Source: an uncultured Bacteroidia bacterium (GTDB lineage Bacteria > Bacteroidota > Bacteroidia > Bacteroidales > UBA932). From it: a stretch of 36,191 nucleotides of DNA. Position numbers and translations under genes: made by a program. The number at the start of each line of letters is the position of its first letter. The first letter of the stretch is position 1. The stretch is from assembly GCA_902795445.1 (NCBI GenBank), contig CADBLM010000127.1, positions 1 through 36,191 of the forward strand. The letters run 5' to 3'. Shown here in pieces: positions 17,080-25,571 of this stretch. Under the pieces are notes generated by a model. That model worked only from the letters and a program-made list of their open reading frames with translations, had not been told where the DNA came from and searched no databases.

Positions 17080-18332
17080 CAGTTGGCTCCTCCCAAGACT
17101 TTATCACGACCGCTTGCGCTGCCGTTGCGTTCAAATATATCCTCATCCGTCTTTGCATCTACCCGATAGACATAGAGGTCGTCGATGAAGATGCGGCTGC
17201 ACCGGTCGGCAGGCTCCGGGTCCATCGAACCGGCGATGAAGCGGATGGCGGTATTGGAAGTAATCGGGTTGTTCTTCGTGCTGGCGACAAACACCAGATA
17301 AGAGGAATTCTTGAAAATGTCCGCCGGGAAATCCGCGCTGGAGCGGTCGTAGGTGGGCACGTCGGTAAAGGTGATGCTGGTCTTGTCCGTACCGCGGATG
17401 ACGCCGCCGCCCACGACTTCCACCGTCAGCGTATTGTTGTCGATATCCGCAGCGGAGAGAGAGCGGAACATCGCGATGGAAGACATCGGCGTAATCGGTT
17501 CGGTGCCGGAAGAGGACCCGGGGTCGGGTTCGGGTTCAGGGTCGGGGCCGGGGTCGGGACCGGGGCCGGGATCAGGCTCTCCCCCGTCTCCCTCGACCGG
17601 CTCGGTTTCGGCATAGAAATCGCCGATGGAGGGGCCGTTCTGGACGACGGCCTTGAAAGAGACGACCAGCAGGGAATCGCCCTGGAAGGCGGGCGTCCGG
17701 GGCGTGATAAAATCGGCGCCCATAAAGTCGTTGTTGCTGAGTTTGACATACCCGTTCTTGGCATAGACCCAGGCATTTTCCTGGCCTTCGATGACGGTGG
17801 AGGTGAAGCCCTTGCTTTTCTGGACGTTGGACCAATTGGCCATCAGCACGTCGTTGAAGGTCTCATTGGGATTGGCCGAGCCGCCCAGCCAGGAGAAGTC
17901 GCTGGCGACACGGGCGGTGAAGCCTTGATTGACGACAAAGAAGTTGCCCAGATAGATATCGGGAGCCGAGAGCATCAGCACTCCGCTGCGGCGTTCATAC
18001 ACGGCCTCTTCCGACAGTTTGTCCGCCGTCACGCGGACCGACCACAGGCCGTCTCCGATTTTTTCCGGCTTGCTGATGGAAGCCCAGGCCGGCACCTGGC
18101 CGTCCTGCCACTTGGGCGTGAAGGGTACGCTGCTCTTTATATATAAGGTGATGGAGCCGCCTTCGACACCGATCCAGGAACTGGAAAGCGGCGTTTCGCA
18201 GGCCTGGCTGTCATAGACGTCGATAAACTCGTCACGCCGGGCATTGGGGTCCTTTTTCGTACAGGACGCCAGCGCCAGCAGAAGGAGAGGCACAATCAGA
18301 TGCGACAGAGTCAAAAAACGTTTACTCTTCAT
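17079..18332 (-). CDS. lipoprotein of unknown function (BACON-like N-domain, beta-sandwich with Pro/Gly/Asp insert)
   Basis: Lipobox LASC; stop overlaps the susC start (TGATG); W...RRSG...VNQ BACON-like pattern. Confidence 0.8.
   Translation of the reverse strand: MKSKRFLTLSHLIVPLLLLALASCTKKDPNARRDEFIDVYDSQACETPLSSSWIGVEGGSITLYIKSSVPFTPKWQDGQVPAWASISKPEKIGDGLWSVRVTADKLSEEAVYERRSGVLMLSAPDIYLGNFFVVNQGFTARVASDFSWLGGSANPNETFNDVLMANWSNVQKSKGFTSTVIEGQENAWVYAKNGYVKLSNNDFMGADFITPRTPAFQGDSLLVVSFKAVVQNGPSIGDFYAETEPVEGDGGEPDPGPGPDPGPDPEPEPDPGSSSGTEPITPMSSIAMFRSLSAADIDNNTLTVEVVGGGVIRGTDKTSITFTDVPTYDRSSADFPADIFKNSSYLVFVASTKNNPITSNTAIRFIAGSMDPEPADRCSRIFIDDLYVYRVDAKTDEDIFERNGSASGRDKVLGGAN
17515..17580 (-). 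repeat. degenerate 6-bp-period coding repeat (EPDPGPGPDPGPDPEPEPDPG)
   Basis: gggtcgggttcgggttcagggtcggggccggggtcgggaccggggccgggatcagg read directly on the + strand. Confidence 0.8.
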
Positions 18333-18344
18333 ACTGTCTCGCTT

Positions 18345-20972
18345 TTACTTGGACATATCGAATTCCACCAGGATGGGCCTGTGGTCCGAAGGATACATAA
18401 AATGCTGCGTATCCACTTCCGGGTCGTAGATGGCGCTCTGGACCGGATTGGACCATTTGTCGTTGATGGTCGTGGACAGGCTCGTCACGCGGTCTTTCAT
18501 CGCTTCGCTGCCGTACATAATGTCAATACGGCCGGTGCCGCCGGTGGAGGTGATGAAACGGCCTTCGCCCTGGTAGGGAGACTCCTTCCCTTCCCGCACC
18601 ATATCATATAGCTGACGGCCGTAAGAAGGGTCACGGAATACCTGATGGGCATACATCCATTTCGTCTTGGTATCCGCATAGACCTGGAGGTAATCATAAT
18701 AGGGTTCGTCGATGGGCGAGATGGCGTTGGTGTCGCCCATCAGCAGCCAGTTGGACTCGGAGGGATAGGCCTGGATGGTCTTGCCCATAATGCTCTGCGC
18801 CTCGTACTTCTGGTAGTCGCGGCCTTCCTGGGCGGCACGGCTCGCCTCGGTGTCGCGTCCGGGCCAGAACATCTGGGGCCAGAGATGACAGGTCACGATG
18901 TTGACGACCTGGCCGTGGGAGGTAATCTGGAAGTGGCCGGCCCCGTGCTGGATATACTGGCCGGGGGTTTTGCCCTGCGCGATTCGGCGGACCGTCGTAA
19001 TGGGCATCTTGGCGGTAATGACCTGCGGATAGTTGTCCCGCCATCCGCTGACGGCCGTATAATCGTGCCCGAAACGGGCGGCGAGGGCGGCCCACTTGGG
19101 GTCCGTGAAGGCCGTCGTGGCGTCGCTGTTGCTGCGCCGGCTCATCAGGCCGGTGAAAAGCGGCCAGTTGTCTTCGGTATCTGCCGTAGAGGTGCCGGTC
19201 TTGTAGATGCTCTGCGATTCGCAGAAGATGCAGACATCGGGATCCCACTTCTTGACCCAGGCAGCGAAGTTGTCAAAATTGTTGCCCTGGTCCGCCCACA
19301 TACCGTTCTGCACGTTGTACAGCATCACGCGCAGGCGCTGCGCCGGTTCAGGATGCCTGACGGCGCGGATTTCCAGGTTGTCGATGAAATGTCCGTGCTT
19401 GATTTCGGAACCGGTATCCACGCCCCAGAGGCCGAAGGAGGAAGCGGCGTTGAGATTGACCAGGGTCATCTCCACGTGGTGCCATCCGTCGCCGTATTCG
19501 TCGGAGGTCGGCGACTTGAGGTCGGACCGGTCCATCGTACAGGTATTGAGGAAACCGTGGGTATAGGTATTGTTTCCCCCGATGGACGTTTGCAGTTCCA
19601 GCGGCTGTCCGTCAACCGTGACCGCCGTGACGGCCCCGCTTTCGTTGATGTGGGTCGAGAAGATGTCCTCGGTCCCGTAACGGAAACAGATGTCGTAGGA
19701 AACGGTCAGATCGTAATACTGTCCGTCCTCGAAGCGGGCGGCCAGCGCAGGCTGGATAGCGCCGCGGACTTCGTCCCCGCCGCCGCAGCTGATGCAGCCC
19801 TGGAACTCCTGGCAGCGGTACAGATAATTCAGGTCGGCGATGTTGCGGCTCCTCACATAAGAATCACTGACCACGTGCCGCTCTCCGACGGTCCATCCGC
19901 TGACATTGTTCCAGTTGGACTGGATGAAAGCGGAACCGGGGGTGGTATTGGCCACCTTGACAAAGGCGTTTTCATAGCCGGAACGCCCGGTGGGATTTTC
20001 ATTGGGATTGGTTGTGGAAGTAGGCGCATAGGCCGCGCTGGTCGCGTGGCCCTGCACATGTCCGCCCCAGACGAAATTGTCGAAATGCTCGAAAAACAGC
20101 AGGGCAGGGTCGGGCGCGTAATCAAAGGCGAAAGACTTCACCTCGCCCGCCGCGAGGTCCAAGGCCGGGATGTCGAACACCTGCCCTTTGTGGTCCATAT
20201 CGGTGACCGTCAGGGTCAGGCCGTCCTTGTAACTGCCTTTGGAGAGGAGCAGGACGAAATGCGTACCCGCCTCCGACAGGGCGACGCCCTCGCCACCGTC
20301 GGTACAGTTGAGGTTGACGAAACGGACGCCCTCATCCAGCGTATAACCTCCGTCCGGCGTATAGGAAGCGATGCCTGCCAGGTTGTCGGAAACCTCCTGC
20401 CCCTGCGATTTGTTCTCTATATGCACGGAGGCAATCCTGGCAGAACCCTTCAACGCGACATCTACGGCCGATACCACCTCTTTGAAGAGGATGCGATTGC
20501 CGGCAGCCTCGCTGTACTCTCCGAAAAGGGGATAGGTCGAGAGTTCGTCCGCCGTCTTCCCCCAGATCTGGGAATAGGGAATAATCAGGCCTTTGAGGGG
20601 ATACTCCTTCCCTTCGGCATACCAGTCCTTGGAGCCCCGGGGATAGCAGAACAGCTGATAGCGTCCGGTCGCGGACTCCGGGACATTCAGGGTAGCTGTG
20701 CCGTCTCCGCCGATTTCGGGATGATAGGTCACGGATTTCAGATAGATTTCATCCTCCGAAGAAAAAGCGAAGTCACTTCCCCCCATCAGCCTGCGAAGCG
20801 TGGCGCTCCGGGCATCCAAGACAAAACGGACCCGTCCGTCTTCGGGAGTCAAAGGCATCACGCTCTCCGGTTCCACACCTCCGCCTTTGGCGTACTCCAC
20901 TTTCGGGTCCGTACAAGCGGAAGCCAATACGGTGACAGCCACTGAAATAACGAAGAATTGCTGAAGCTTCAT
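18345..20972 (-). CDS. lipoprotein fusing a fimbrillin-like domain, a central beta domain and a C-terminal endonuclease/exonuclease/phosphatase (EEP) domain
   Basis: Start reassigned to MKLQQFF (20972), downstream of the promoter; ASAC lipobox; EEP motifs LRVMLYNV, PDVCIFCE, VTCHL, LMGDTN, RIDIMY, PSDHRPILVEF. Confidence 0.88.
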   Translation of the reverse strand: MKLQQFFVISVAVTVLASACTDPKVEYAKGGGVEPESVMPLTPEDGRVRFVLDARSATLRRLMGGSDFAFSSEDEIYLKSVTYHPEIGGDGTATLNVPESATGRYQLFCYPRGSKDWYAEGKEYPLKGLIIPYSQIWGKTADELSTYPLFGEYSEAAGNRILFKEVVSAVDVALKGSARIASVHIENKSQGQEVSDNLAGIASYTPDGGYTLDEGVRFVNLNCTDGGEGVALSEAGTHFVLLLSKGSYKDGLTLTVTDMDHKGQVFDIPALDLAAGEVKSFAFDYAPDPALLFFEHFDNFVWGGHVQGHATSAAYAPTSTTNPNENPTGRSGYENAFVKVANTTPGSAFIQSNWNNVSGWTVGERHVVSDSYVRSRNIADLNYLYRCQEFQGCISCGGGDEVRGAIQPALAARFEDGQYYDLTVSYDICFRYGTEDIFSTHINESGAVTAVTVDGQPLELQTSIGGNNTYTHGFLNTCTMDRSDLKSPTSDEYGDGWHHVEMTLVNLNAASSFGLWGVDTGSEIKHGHFIDNLEIRAVRHPEPAQRLRVMLYNVQNGMWADQGNNFDNFAAWVKKWDPDVCIFCESQSIYKTGTSTADTEDNWPLFTGLMSRRSNSDATTAFTDPKWAALAARFGHDYTAVSGWRDNYPQVITAKMPITTVRRIAQGKTPGQYIQHGAGHFQITSHGQVVNIVTCHLWPQMFWPGRDTEASRAAQEGRDYQKYEAQSIMGKTIQAYPSESNWLLMGDTNAISPIDEPYYDYLQVYADTKTKWMYAHQVFRDPSYGRQLYDMVREGKESPYQGEGRFITSTGGTGRIDIMYGSEAMKDRVTSLSTTINDKWSNPVQSAIYDPEVDTQHFMYPSDHRPILVEFDMSK

Positions 20973-21042
20973 TATCTTATCCTTGGTTTTAGATTTCCAT
21001 CCCGTCTTCCGTGCCAAGCACCATCGGACGAGAATTATCGTA

Positions 21043-21074
21043 CAAATATACACCCCCCCCACGACATTTCCAAA
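21043..21074 (-). promoter_or_regulatory. Bacteroidetes primary-sigma promoter of the 21-kb operon, with G8 tract in the spacer
   Basis: Minus strand TTTG (21074-21071), 20-nt spacer, TATATTTG (21050-21043), matching the TTTG/TAnnTTTG consensus. Confidence 0.8.
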
Positions 21075-21104
21075 TTTTTTTGCACTTTTTTTCAAAAAAA
21101 GCAC

Positions 21105-21134
21105 AAAAAAAATCCACCTTTTCCGGTGGATTTT
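21105..21134 (-). terminator. intrinsic terminator after the ftsB-like gene
   Basis: Minus strand AAAATCCACC-GGAAAA-GGTGGATTTT continuing as a T run; a second small hairpin GTCGGAA-gat-TTCCGAC lies at 21141-21157. Confidence 0.7.
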
Positions 21135-21174
21135 CCTCCTGTCGGAAGATTTCCGACGGATATTTCAGCGCTGA

Positions 21175-21468
21175 TTATTCTTCGACCAGATAGACATCCT
21201 CCCCGTCCGCACAGAAATGAAGTTTCTCACGGGCATAGCGCTCGGCGGCATCGGGGTCGTTCTCCATTTCCCGGATTCCTTTGTCGAGTTCGGAGATTCT
21301 TTCCTGGAGGGCATTGATTTCCCGCTTCTGCGCGTGGACTTCAAAGACCGCCCCCACCCAGGTAATGACATTGTTCTTGCGGACAAGAAGCAAGAAACAG
21401 AAGACGAGCAGGAGGATAACCCAGAACTTTTTTGCCCCGTCTTGCCACCAGGAAAACAACTTTTTCAT
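21175..21468 (-). CDS. ftsB: septum formation initiator (FtsB/DivIC family)
   Basis: Start MKKLFSWW (21468); one TM helix, coiled coil, AERYAREKLHF..DGEDVYLV. Confidence 0.8.
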   Translation of the reverse strand: MKKLFSWWQDGAKKFWVILLLVFCFLLLVRKNNVITWVGAVFEVHAQKREINALQERISELDKGIREMENDPDAAERYAREKLHFCADGEDVYLVEE

Positions 21469-21488
21469 CTGTCTTTCGTGATTTACGG

Positions 21489-21506
21489 CAAAAATAATTA
21501 AATTTG
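21489..21506. promoter_or_regulatory. back-to-back divergent -7 promoter elements
   Basis: TATTTTTG on minus (21496-21489) and TAAATTTG on plus (21499-21506) between the divergent genes. Confidence 0.65.
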
Positions 21507-21534
21507 TCGAAAGTTCTATAAAAACCACAGAAAA

Positions 21535-22464
21535 ATGAAACCTACCCTTTTAGTTCTCGCCGCCGGAATGGGAAGCCGTTACGGCGGACTCAAGCAGATG
21601 GACGGACTCGGCCCGAGCGGAGAAACCATCATCGACTATTCGATTTACGACGCCGTACAGGCCGGCTTCGGGAAAGTCGTCTATGTCGTGCGCGAGTACT
21701 TCCGCGCCGATATGGAAAAGACCGTCCGGGAAAAATACAAGAACGTCAAATGCATCGACGGGACTCCCCTGGAATTTGATTTCGTCGTCCAGGAACTCGA
21801 CAAGATTCCTGCCGGATACACCCTCAACCCCGAGCGCCAGAAACCCTGGGGGACGGCCCACGCCGTGCTGATGGGCAAGGAGGTCGTCAAGGAGCCCTTC
21901 GCCGTCATCAACGGAGACGACTACTACGGCAAGGAGTCCTTCAAAATCCTCGGCGACTGGCTGCGGGCCCACGAACATTCGACGGGGCGCTACACCCTCA
22001 TCGGCTTCGAACTGGACAACACCCTGTCCGAGAGCGGCGGTGTGAGCCGCGGCATCGGCAGCGCGGACAAGGACGGCATCCTCACCCACGTGGAAGAACA
22101 CCACAACATCGCCCGCGCCGCGGACGGGAAAATCTATGGCGACAACGCCAAGGGGGAAAAGGTCTGCCTGCCCGACAAAGCGCTGTGTTCGATGAATATG
22201 TGGGGATTCACGCCCGACTATTTCGAGAAGAGCGGCAAGATTTTCGAGGAATTCATCGCCCGGAACATCAACGAACTGAAAGCGGAATTCTACATTCCCT
22301 ACGCCATCGACTGTATGATCAAGGATGGCAGCGCCAAGACGGAACTGCTGGGTACGCCTTCCCGCTGGTTCGGCGTGACGTTCAAGGAGGACCGCCCCGC
22401 CGTCGTCGCCAAGTTCCAGGAACTGGCCGATACGGGCGTGTATCCTACCCCGCTTTACCGGTAA
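21535..22464 (+). CDS. sugar-phosphate nucleotidyltransferase family protein
   Basis: LAAGMGSRYGGLKQ, KPWGTAHAV, FAVINGDDYYG, SMNMWGF, EFYIP, WFGVT. Confidence 0.9.
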   Translation: MKPTLLVLAAGMGSRYGGLKQMDGLGPSGETIIDYSIYDAVQAGFGKVVYVVREYFRADMEKTVREKYKNVKCIDGTPLEFDFVVQELDKIPAGYTLNPERQKPWGTAHAVLMGKEVVKEPFAVINGDDYYGKESFKILGDWLRAHEHSTGRYTLIGFELDNTLSESGGVSRGIGSADKDGILTHVEEHHNIARAADGKIYGDNAKGEKVCLPDKALCSMNMWGFTPDYFEKSGKIFEEFIARNINELKAEFYIPYAIDCMIKDGSAKTELLGTPSRWFGVTFKEDRPAVVAKFQELADTGVYPTPLYR

Positions 22465-22465
22465 G

Positions 22466-23320
22466 ATGAAACGGTACCACCCCCGTTCCCGTTCTTTCGA
22501 TCTGCTCTCGGCGTATGACTGGTTCATCCCGGGGTGGATCGATTTCTTGTGGATCGGCATCACGCTGCTGACCGGCGTGATACTGGCCCTTTTCGCCACG
22601 CTGTCGCTGACGAAGGCGGGATTTGCCCCCATTTACATCCAGCTCATCAGCTATCCCCTGATGTTCATTCCCACGATGCTGCTGGCTTCCAGCTTCAGCC
22701 GCAGAAACCTGTTCCGCGGCGAGCCCCGTCCGATGGACCGGAATGAAAACTGGAACGCGGCTTCCGTGCTGACGGCGGTGGCGGGAATGCTGGCGCTGGC
22801 CTTTCTCTGCGACCCGGTGACGCTGCTGCTTCCGCCGATGCCGGAGAACCTGCTGAACGCGATGAAAATGCTGGGAGAAGGTCCCCTGTGGGCCAGCCTG
22901 CTCTGCACCTGCGTCTTCGCTCCGTTTTTTGAGGAGTGGCTGTGCCGCGGCATCGTGCTGCGCGGTCTGCTGGGAAAGACGGGCGCGTTGTGGGCCATCC
23001 CCGTATCGGCCGTGTTCTTCGCCCTGATTCACGCCAACCTCTGGCAGGGGATTCCGGCTTTTCTGACCGGCCTCTTCCTGGGTTATGTGTATTGGAAAAC
23101 GGGGTCGCTGAAGACGACGATGCTGATGCACGCCGCCAACAACCTGGCATCGGTGCTCGTGATGAGGATACCCGGATGGGAGGAGGCGGAAACGTTCTAC
23201 GAACTTTTTCCGGTCAAGGCCTGGTACTGGCTGGCTTTTGCCGGAGCAGCCGTCGTCTTCGTCCTGGCCGTAAAGTTTACGGGCGGGAAAAACATTCCCC
23301 GGGAGACAGAAACGGCTTGA
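22466..23320 (+). CDS. CPBP (CAAX/Abi) family intramembrane metalloprotease
   Basis: APFFEEWLCRG, FALIH, HAANN motifs; multiple TM segments. Confidence 0.92.
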   Translation: MKRYHPRSRSFDLLSAYDWFIPGWIDFLWIGITLLTGVILALFATLSLTKAGFAPIYIQLISYPLMFIPTMLLASSFSRRNLFRGEPRPMDRNENWNAASVLTAVAGMLALAFLCDPVTLLLPPMPENLLNAMKMLGEGPLWASLLCTCVFAPFFEEWLCRGIVLRGLLGKTGALWAIPVSAVFFALIHANLWQGIPAFLTGLFLGYVYWKTGSLKTTMLMHAANNLASVLVMRIPGWEEAETFYELFPVKAWYWLAFAGAAVVFVLAVKFTGGKNIPRETETA

Positions 23321-23332
23321 GTGCGCTTTGAT

Positions 23333-23959
23333 TTAGAGGATGGTGAATCCTTCCTCACGCATTTTGTCCAGGGTCTCGGCGTGACCGTCCGCGTTCACAT
23401 AGCCGAGGCCCTTTTCCAGTACCTTGACGTTGAATCCGTCCTGCTTGAGGTCCCTGGCGGTGTTGTACACGCAGTATTCGGTCGCGATGCCTACGACATA
23501 GACGACGGACGCATCCAGTGCACGCAGGACTTCGGCCAGACTCTGGTCCGCCTCATTGCGGCCGTCAAATCCGGAATACTGTTCTTCGGCCGGGTTGCAG
23601 CCTTTGTAGAAGACGAGTTCCTCCTTTACGAGGGGACGGAGGTCTTCGTGGATTTCTCCGCCGCGGGTACCGGCTACGCAGTGCGAGGGCCAGGGACCGC
23701 CCTGCTCCGTGAATGAACAGTGGTTGGCGGGATGGTGGTCACAGACGAAACAGACCGGCGTTTCCGCATTGGCCTGCATCAGTCCGCGGATATAGGCGAC
23801 GGAGTTTTCGGCATTGCCGCAGGCCATCGACCCGTCGATAAAATCATACAATTCGTCCACTACGACCAGGACGGCGTCTTTTTCCATTTTCATCGTTTTG
23901 TTTTGGGCGCAGGCCAGGCACAGGGCGAGGACCGGCAGATACTTGAGAAGAGATTTCAT
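23333..23959 (-). CDS. pncA: nicotinamidase/pyrazinamidase (isochorismatase family)
   Basis: VVD..DF, DHHP..H.SF, WPSHCV, FYKG, YSGF, GIATEYCV; adjacent to pncB. Confidence 0.9.
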   Translation of the reverse strand: MKSLLKYLPVLALCLACAQNKTMKMEKDAVLVVVDELYDFIDGSMACGNAENSVAYIRGLMQANAETPVCFVCDHHPANHCSFTEQGGPWPSHCVAGTRGGEIHEDLRPLVKEELVFYKGCNPAEEQYSGFDGRNEADQSLAEVLRALDASVVYVVGIATEYCVYNTARDLKQDGFNVKVLEKGLGYVNADGHAETLDKMREEGFTIL

Positions 23960-23968
23960 ATTGATGTC

Positions 23969-25453
23969 TTAAAAAGCTTCGATATCCTTGACCAGACGTT
24001 CGATGATATCGAGTTTGGTATTATAGAGATCGTCCGATATATCGACCTTGTAGTAATGCGGATTGATGAGACGGCGTTCGCTCGGGCTGAAGCGGGAGAG
24101 ATTGTCCCGGTAATAGTCCCGCTTGACTTGGAGACCCTCCTCGGGATAGATGCGCCGTCCGCCTTCCATCATTTTGAGTTGAAGGGGCCTGGCGTGATAG
24201 GTACCGGCTTCGAAGGTCTTGTACTTGTAGCGGTCGTGCTCGTCGCAGATGGTGAAGCTTTCTCCGGCCTCGATTTTCCGGCAGAGGCTGTCGTCGCGCA
24301 GGCAGGTCACGTCGGCCTTGAAAATTTCGCCTTCCGGATAGTCCTTGCTGATGCGCCAGGTTATCTGAAAACCGGGATTAATCAGTTTGGTCCGGTCCTC
24401 GGAGCGTTTCAGGACGGGTTCGCCGTCTATCTGCACAAGTTTATAGACATTGCCGAAGCAGGGATTGGCGTTGGAGGTGGCGATGGCGTCGCCGACGCCG
24501 TAGGAGTCGATGCAGGCGCCCTGGCGCTCCAGGTCGGCGATAAGATACTCGTCCAGAGAATTGGTGGCGAAAATCTTGCAGCCTTTCAGTCCGGCCTCGT
24601 CCAGCATCCTGCGGACTTCAACGGAGAGATAGGCCAGGTCGCCGCTGTCCAGCCGGACGCCGTACACGGGCTGATAGCCGTCTTCTATGCCGGCGGCCTT
24701 GAAGGCGGCGATGGCATTGCGGATGCCGCAGCGCAGGGTGTCATAGGTGTCGATGAGCAACAGCAGGGGTTCGCCCCTGTGGGAGCGGATGTAGCAGTCG
24801 AAGGCGTTGCGTTCTCCGGCAACGCTGCATCCGAAGGAGGTGACGTAGCTGTGGGCCATCGTGCCGGTGGAACCGCAGTCCCATTTCATACCGGTCAGAA
24901 TGTTGGAGGAATTGGCGCAGCCGGCGATGATGGCGGCCTTGGCGCCGTAGGTGGCGGCCCAGGGACCGTGGGCGCGGCGGGAGCCGAACTCGCTGACGGG
25001 TTTGTTGGTAGAACGGCAGACGCGGGAAGCCTTGGTGGCGACGGCCATCTGGTGGTTCATAATGCAGAGCATCGGGGTCTCCAGGACCTGCGCCTCGACA
25101 AGCGGCGCTTCCACGGTGATGATGGGTTCGGAAGGAAAAGCGATTTCTCCTTCGCGCATCGCATAGACATTGCCGGTGAATTTCATTCCGGCCAGATAGC
25201 TGCGGAATTCCCGGTAGCTGTCTCCCGGAAGGAATTTCTCAAACCAGGCTTCATCCTTGCCGCCGAGTCCGGCAATCATTTCCAGCACTTCGTCGGTGCC
25301 GCTGACGACGGCCCAGTTGTTGTTTTCGGGAGCTTTGCGGTAGAACAGGTTGAAAACGGCCGTCTGAACGGCCTTTCCGCAGTCGTAAAACGACTTTCCC
25401 ATCGTGTACTGGTACTTGTCGGAGCAAAAGGCGATATCCTCAAACATAGGCAT
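23969..25453 (-). CDS. pncB: nicotinate phosphoribosyltransferase
   Basis: DKYQYTM, EFGSRRAHG, GTMAHSYV, LIDTYD, GVRLDSGDL, NSLDE, VYKLV, NPG. Confidence 0.95.
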   Translation of the reverse strand: MPMFEDIAFCSDKYQYTMGKSFYDCGKAVQTAVFNLFYRKAPENNNWAVVSGTDEVLEMIAGLGGKDEAWFEKFLPGDSYREFRSYLAGMKFTGNVYAMREGEIAFPSEPIITVEAPLVEAQVLETPMLCIMNHQMAVATKASRVCRSTNKPVSEFGSRRAHGPWAATYGAKAAIIAGCANSSNILTGMKWDCGSTGTMAHSYVTSFGCSVAGERNAFDCYIRSHRGEPLLLLIDTYDTLRCGIRNAIAAFKAAGIEDGYQPVYGVRLDSGDLAYLSVEVRRMLDEAGLKGCKIFATNSLDEYLIADLERQGACIDSYGVGDAIATSNANPCFGNVYKLVQIDGEPVLKRSEDRTKLINPGFQITWRISKDYPEGEIFKADVTCLRDDSLCRKIEAGESFTICDEHDRYKYKTFEAGTYHARPLQLKMMEGGRRIYPEEGLQVKRDYYRDNLSRFSPSERRLINPHYYKVDISDDLYNTKLDIIERLVKDIEAF

Positions 25454-25470
25454 CCTTTACTAAGGGATTG

Positions 25471-25478
25471 CAAAGATA
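25471..25478 (-). promoter_or_regulatory. -7 promoter element for pncB-pncA
   Basis: TATCTTTG on the minus strand, 17 nt before the first ATG, with AT-rich upstream sequence. Confidence 0.6.
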
Positions 25479-25571
25479 CACATTTTTTTAATTTAAATAG
25501 ATGCACTTTAAAAGCCCTCGCCAGCAGCCTGCTCATTTGGATGGAAGGGATGTCCGGACCGGGGCCTTGAA

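Noticed and set aside
2085-20945. Very long plus-strand ORFs (1137, 584, 622, 846, 512, 914, 766 aa), and similar ones at 23720, 26473, 27677, 32071 and 33248
   Set aside because: They lie antisense to well-supported genes, have no family motifs, and are expected shadows of GC3-biased codon usage.
20973-21104. N-terminal extension of the 919-aa ORF (likewise the extensions of susD, ftsB, the TPR gene, ppa and 278..2416)
   Set aside because: These run through promoters or upstream genes; downstream ATGs give proper signal peptides or family N-termini.
21000-21165. Invertible promoter
   Set aside because: The inverted repeats all lie upstream of the promoter instead of flanking it, and no recombinase is adjacent.
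22466-23320. CPBP protease as the processing or immunity enzyme for the small peptides
   Set aside because: It is on the opposite strand, about 17 kb away and coupled to a housekeeping nucleotidyltransferase; nothing in the sequence links them.
25452-25571. NAD-related riboswitch or operator upstream of pncB
   Set aside because: The -7 element leaves only a very short leader, with just a weak mismatched hairpin (ATCCCTT-AGT-AAAGGAT) and no recognisable conserved motif.
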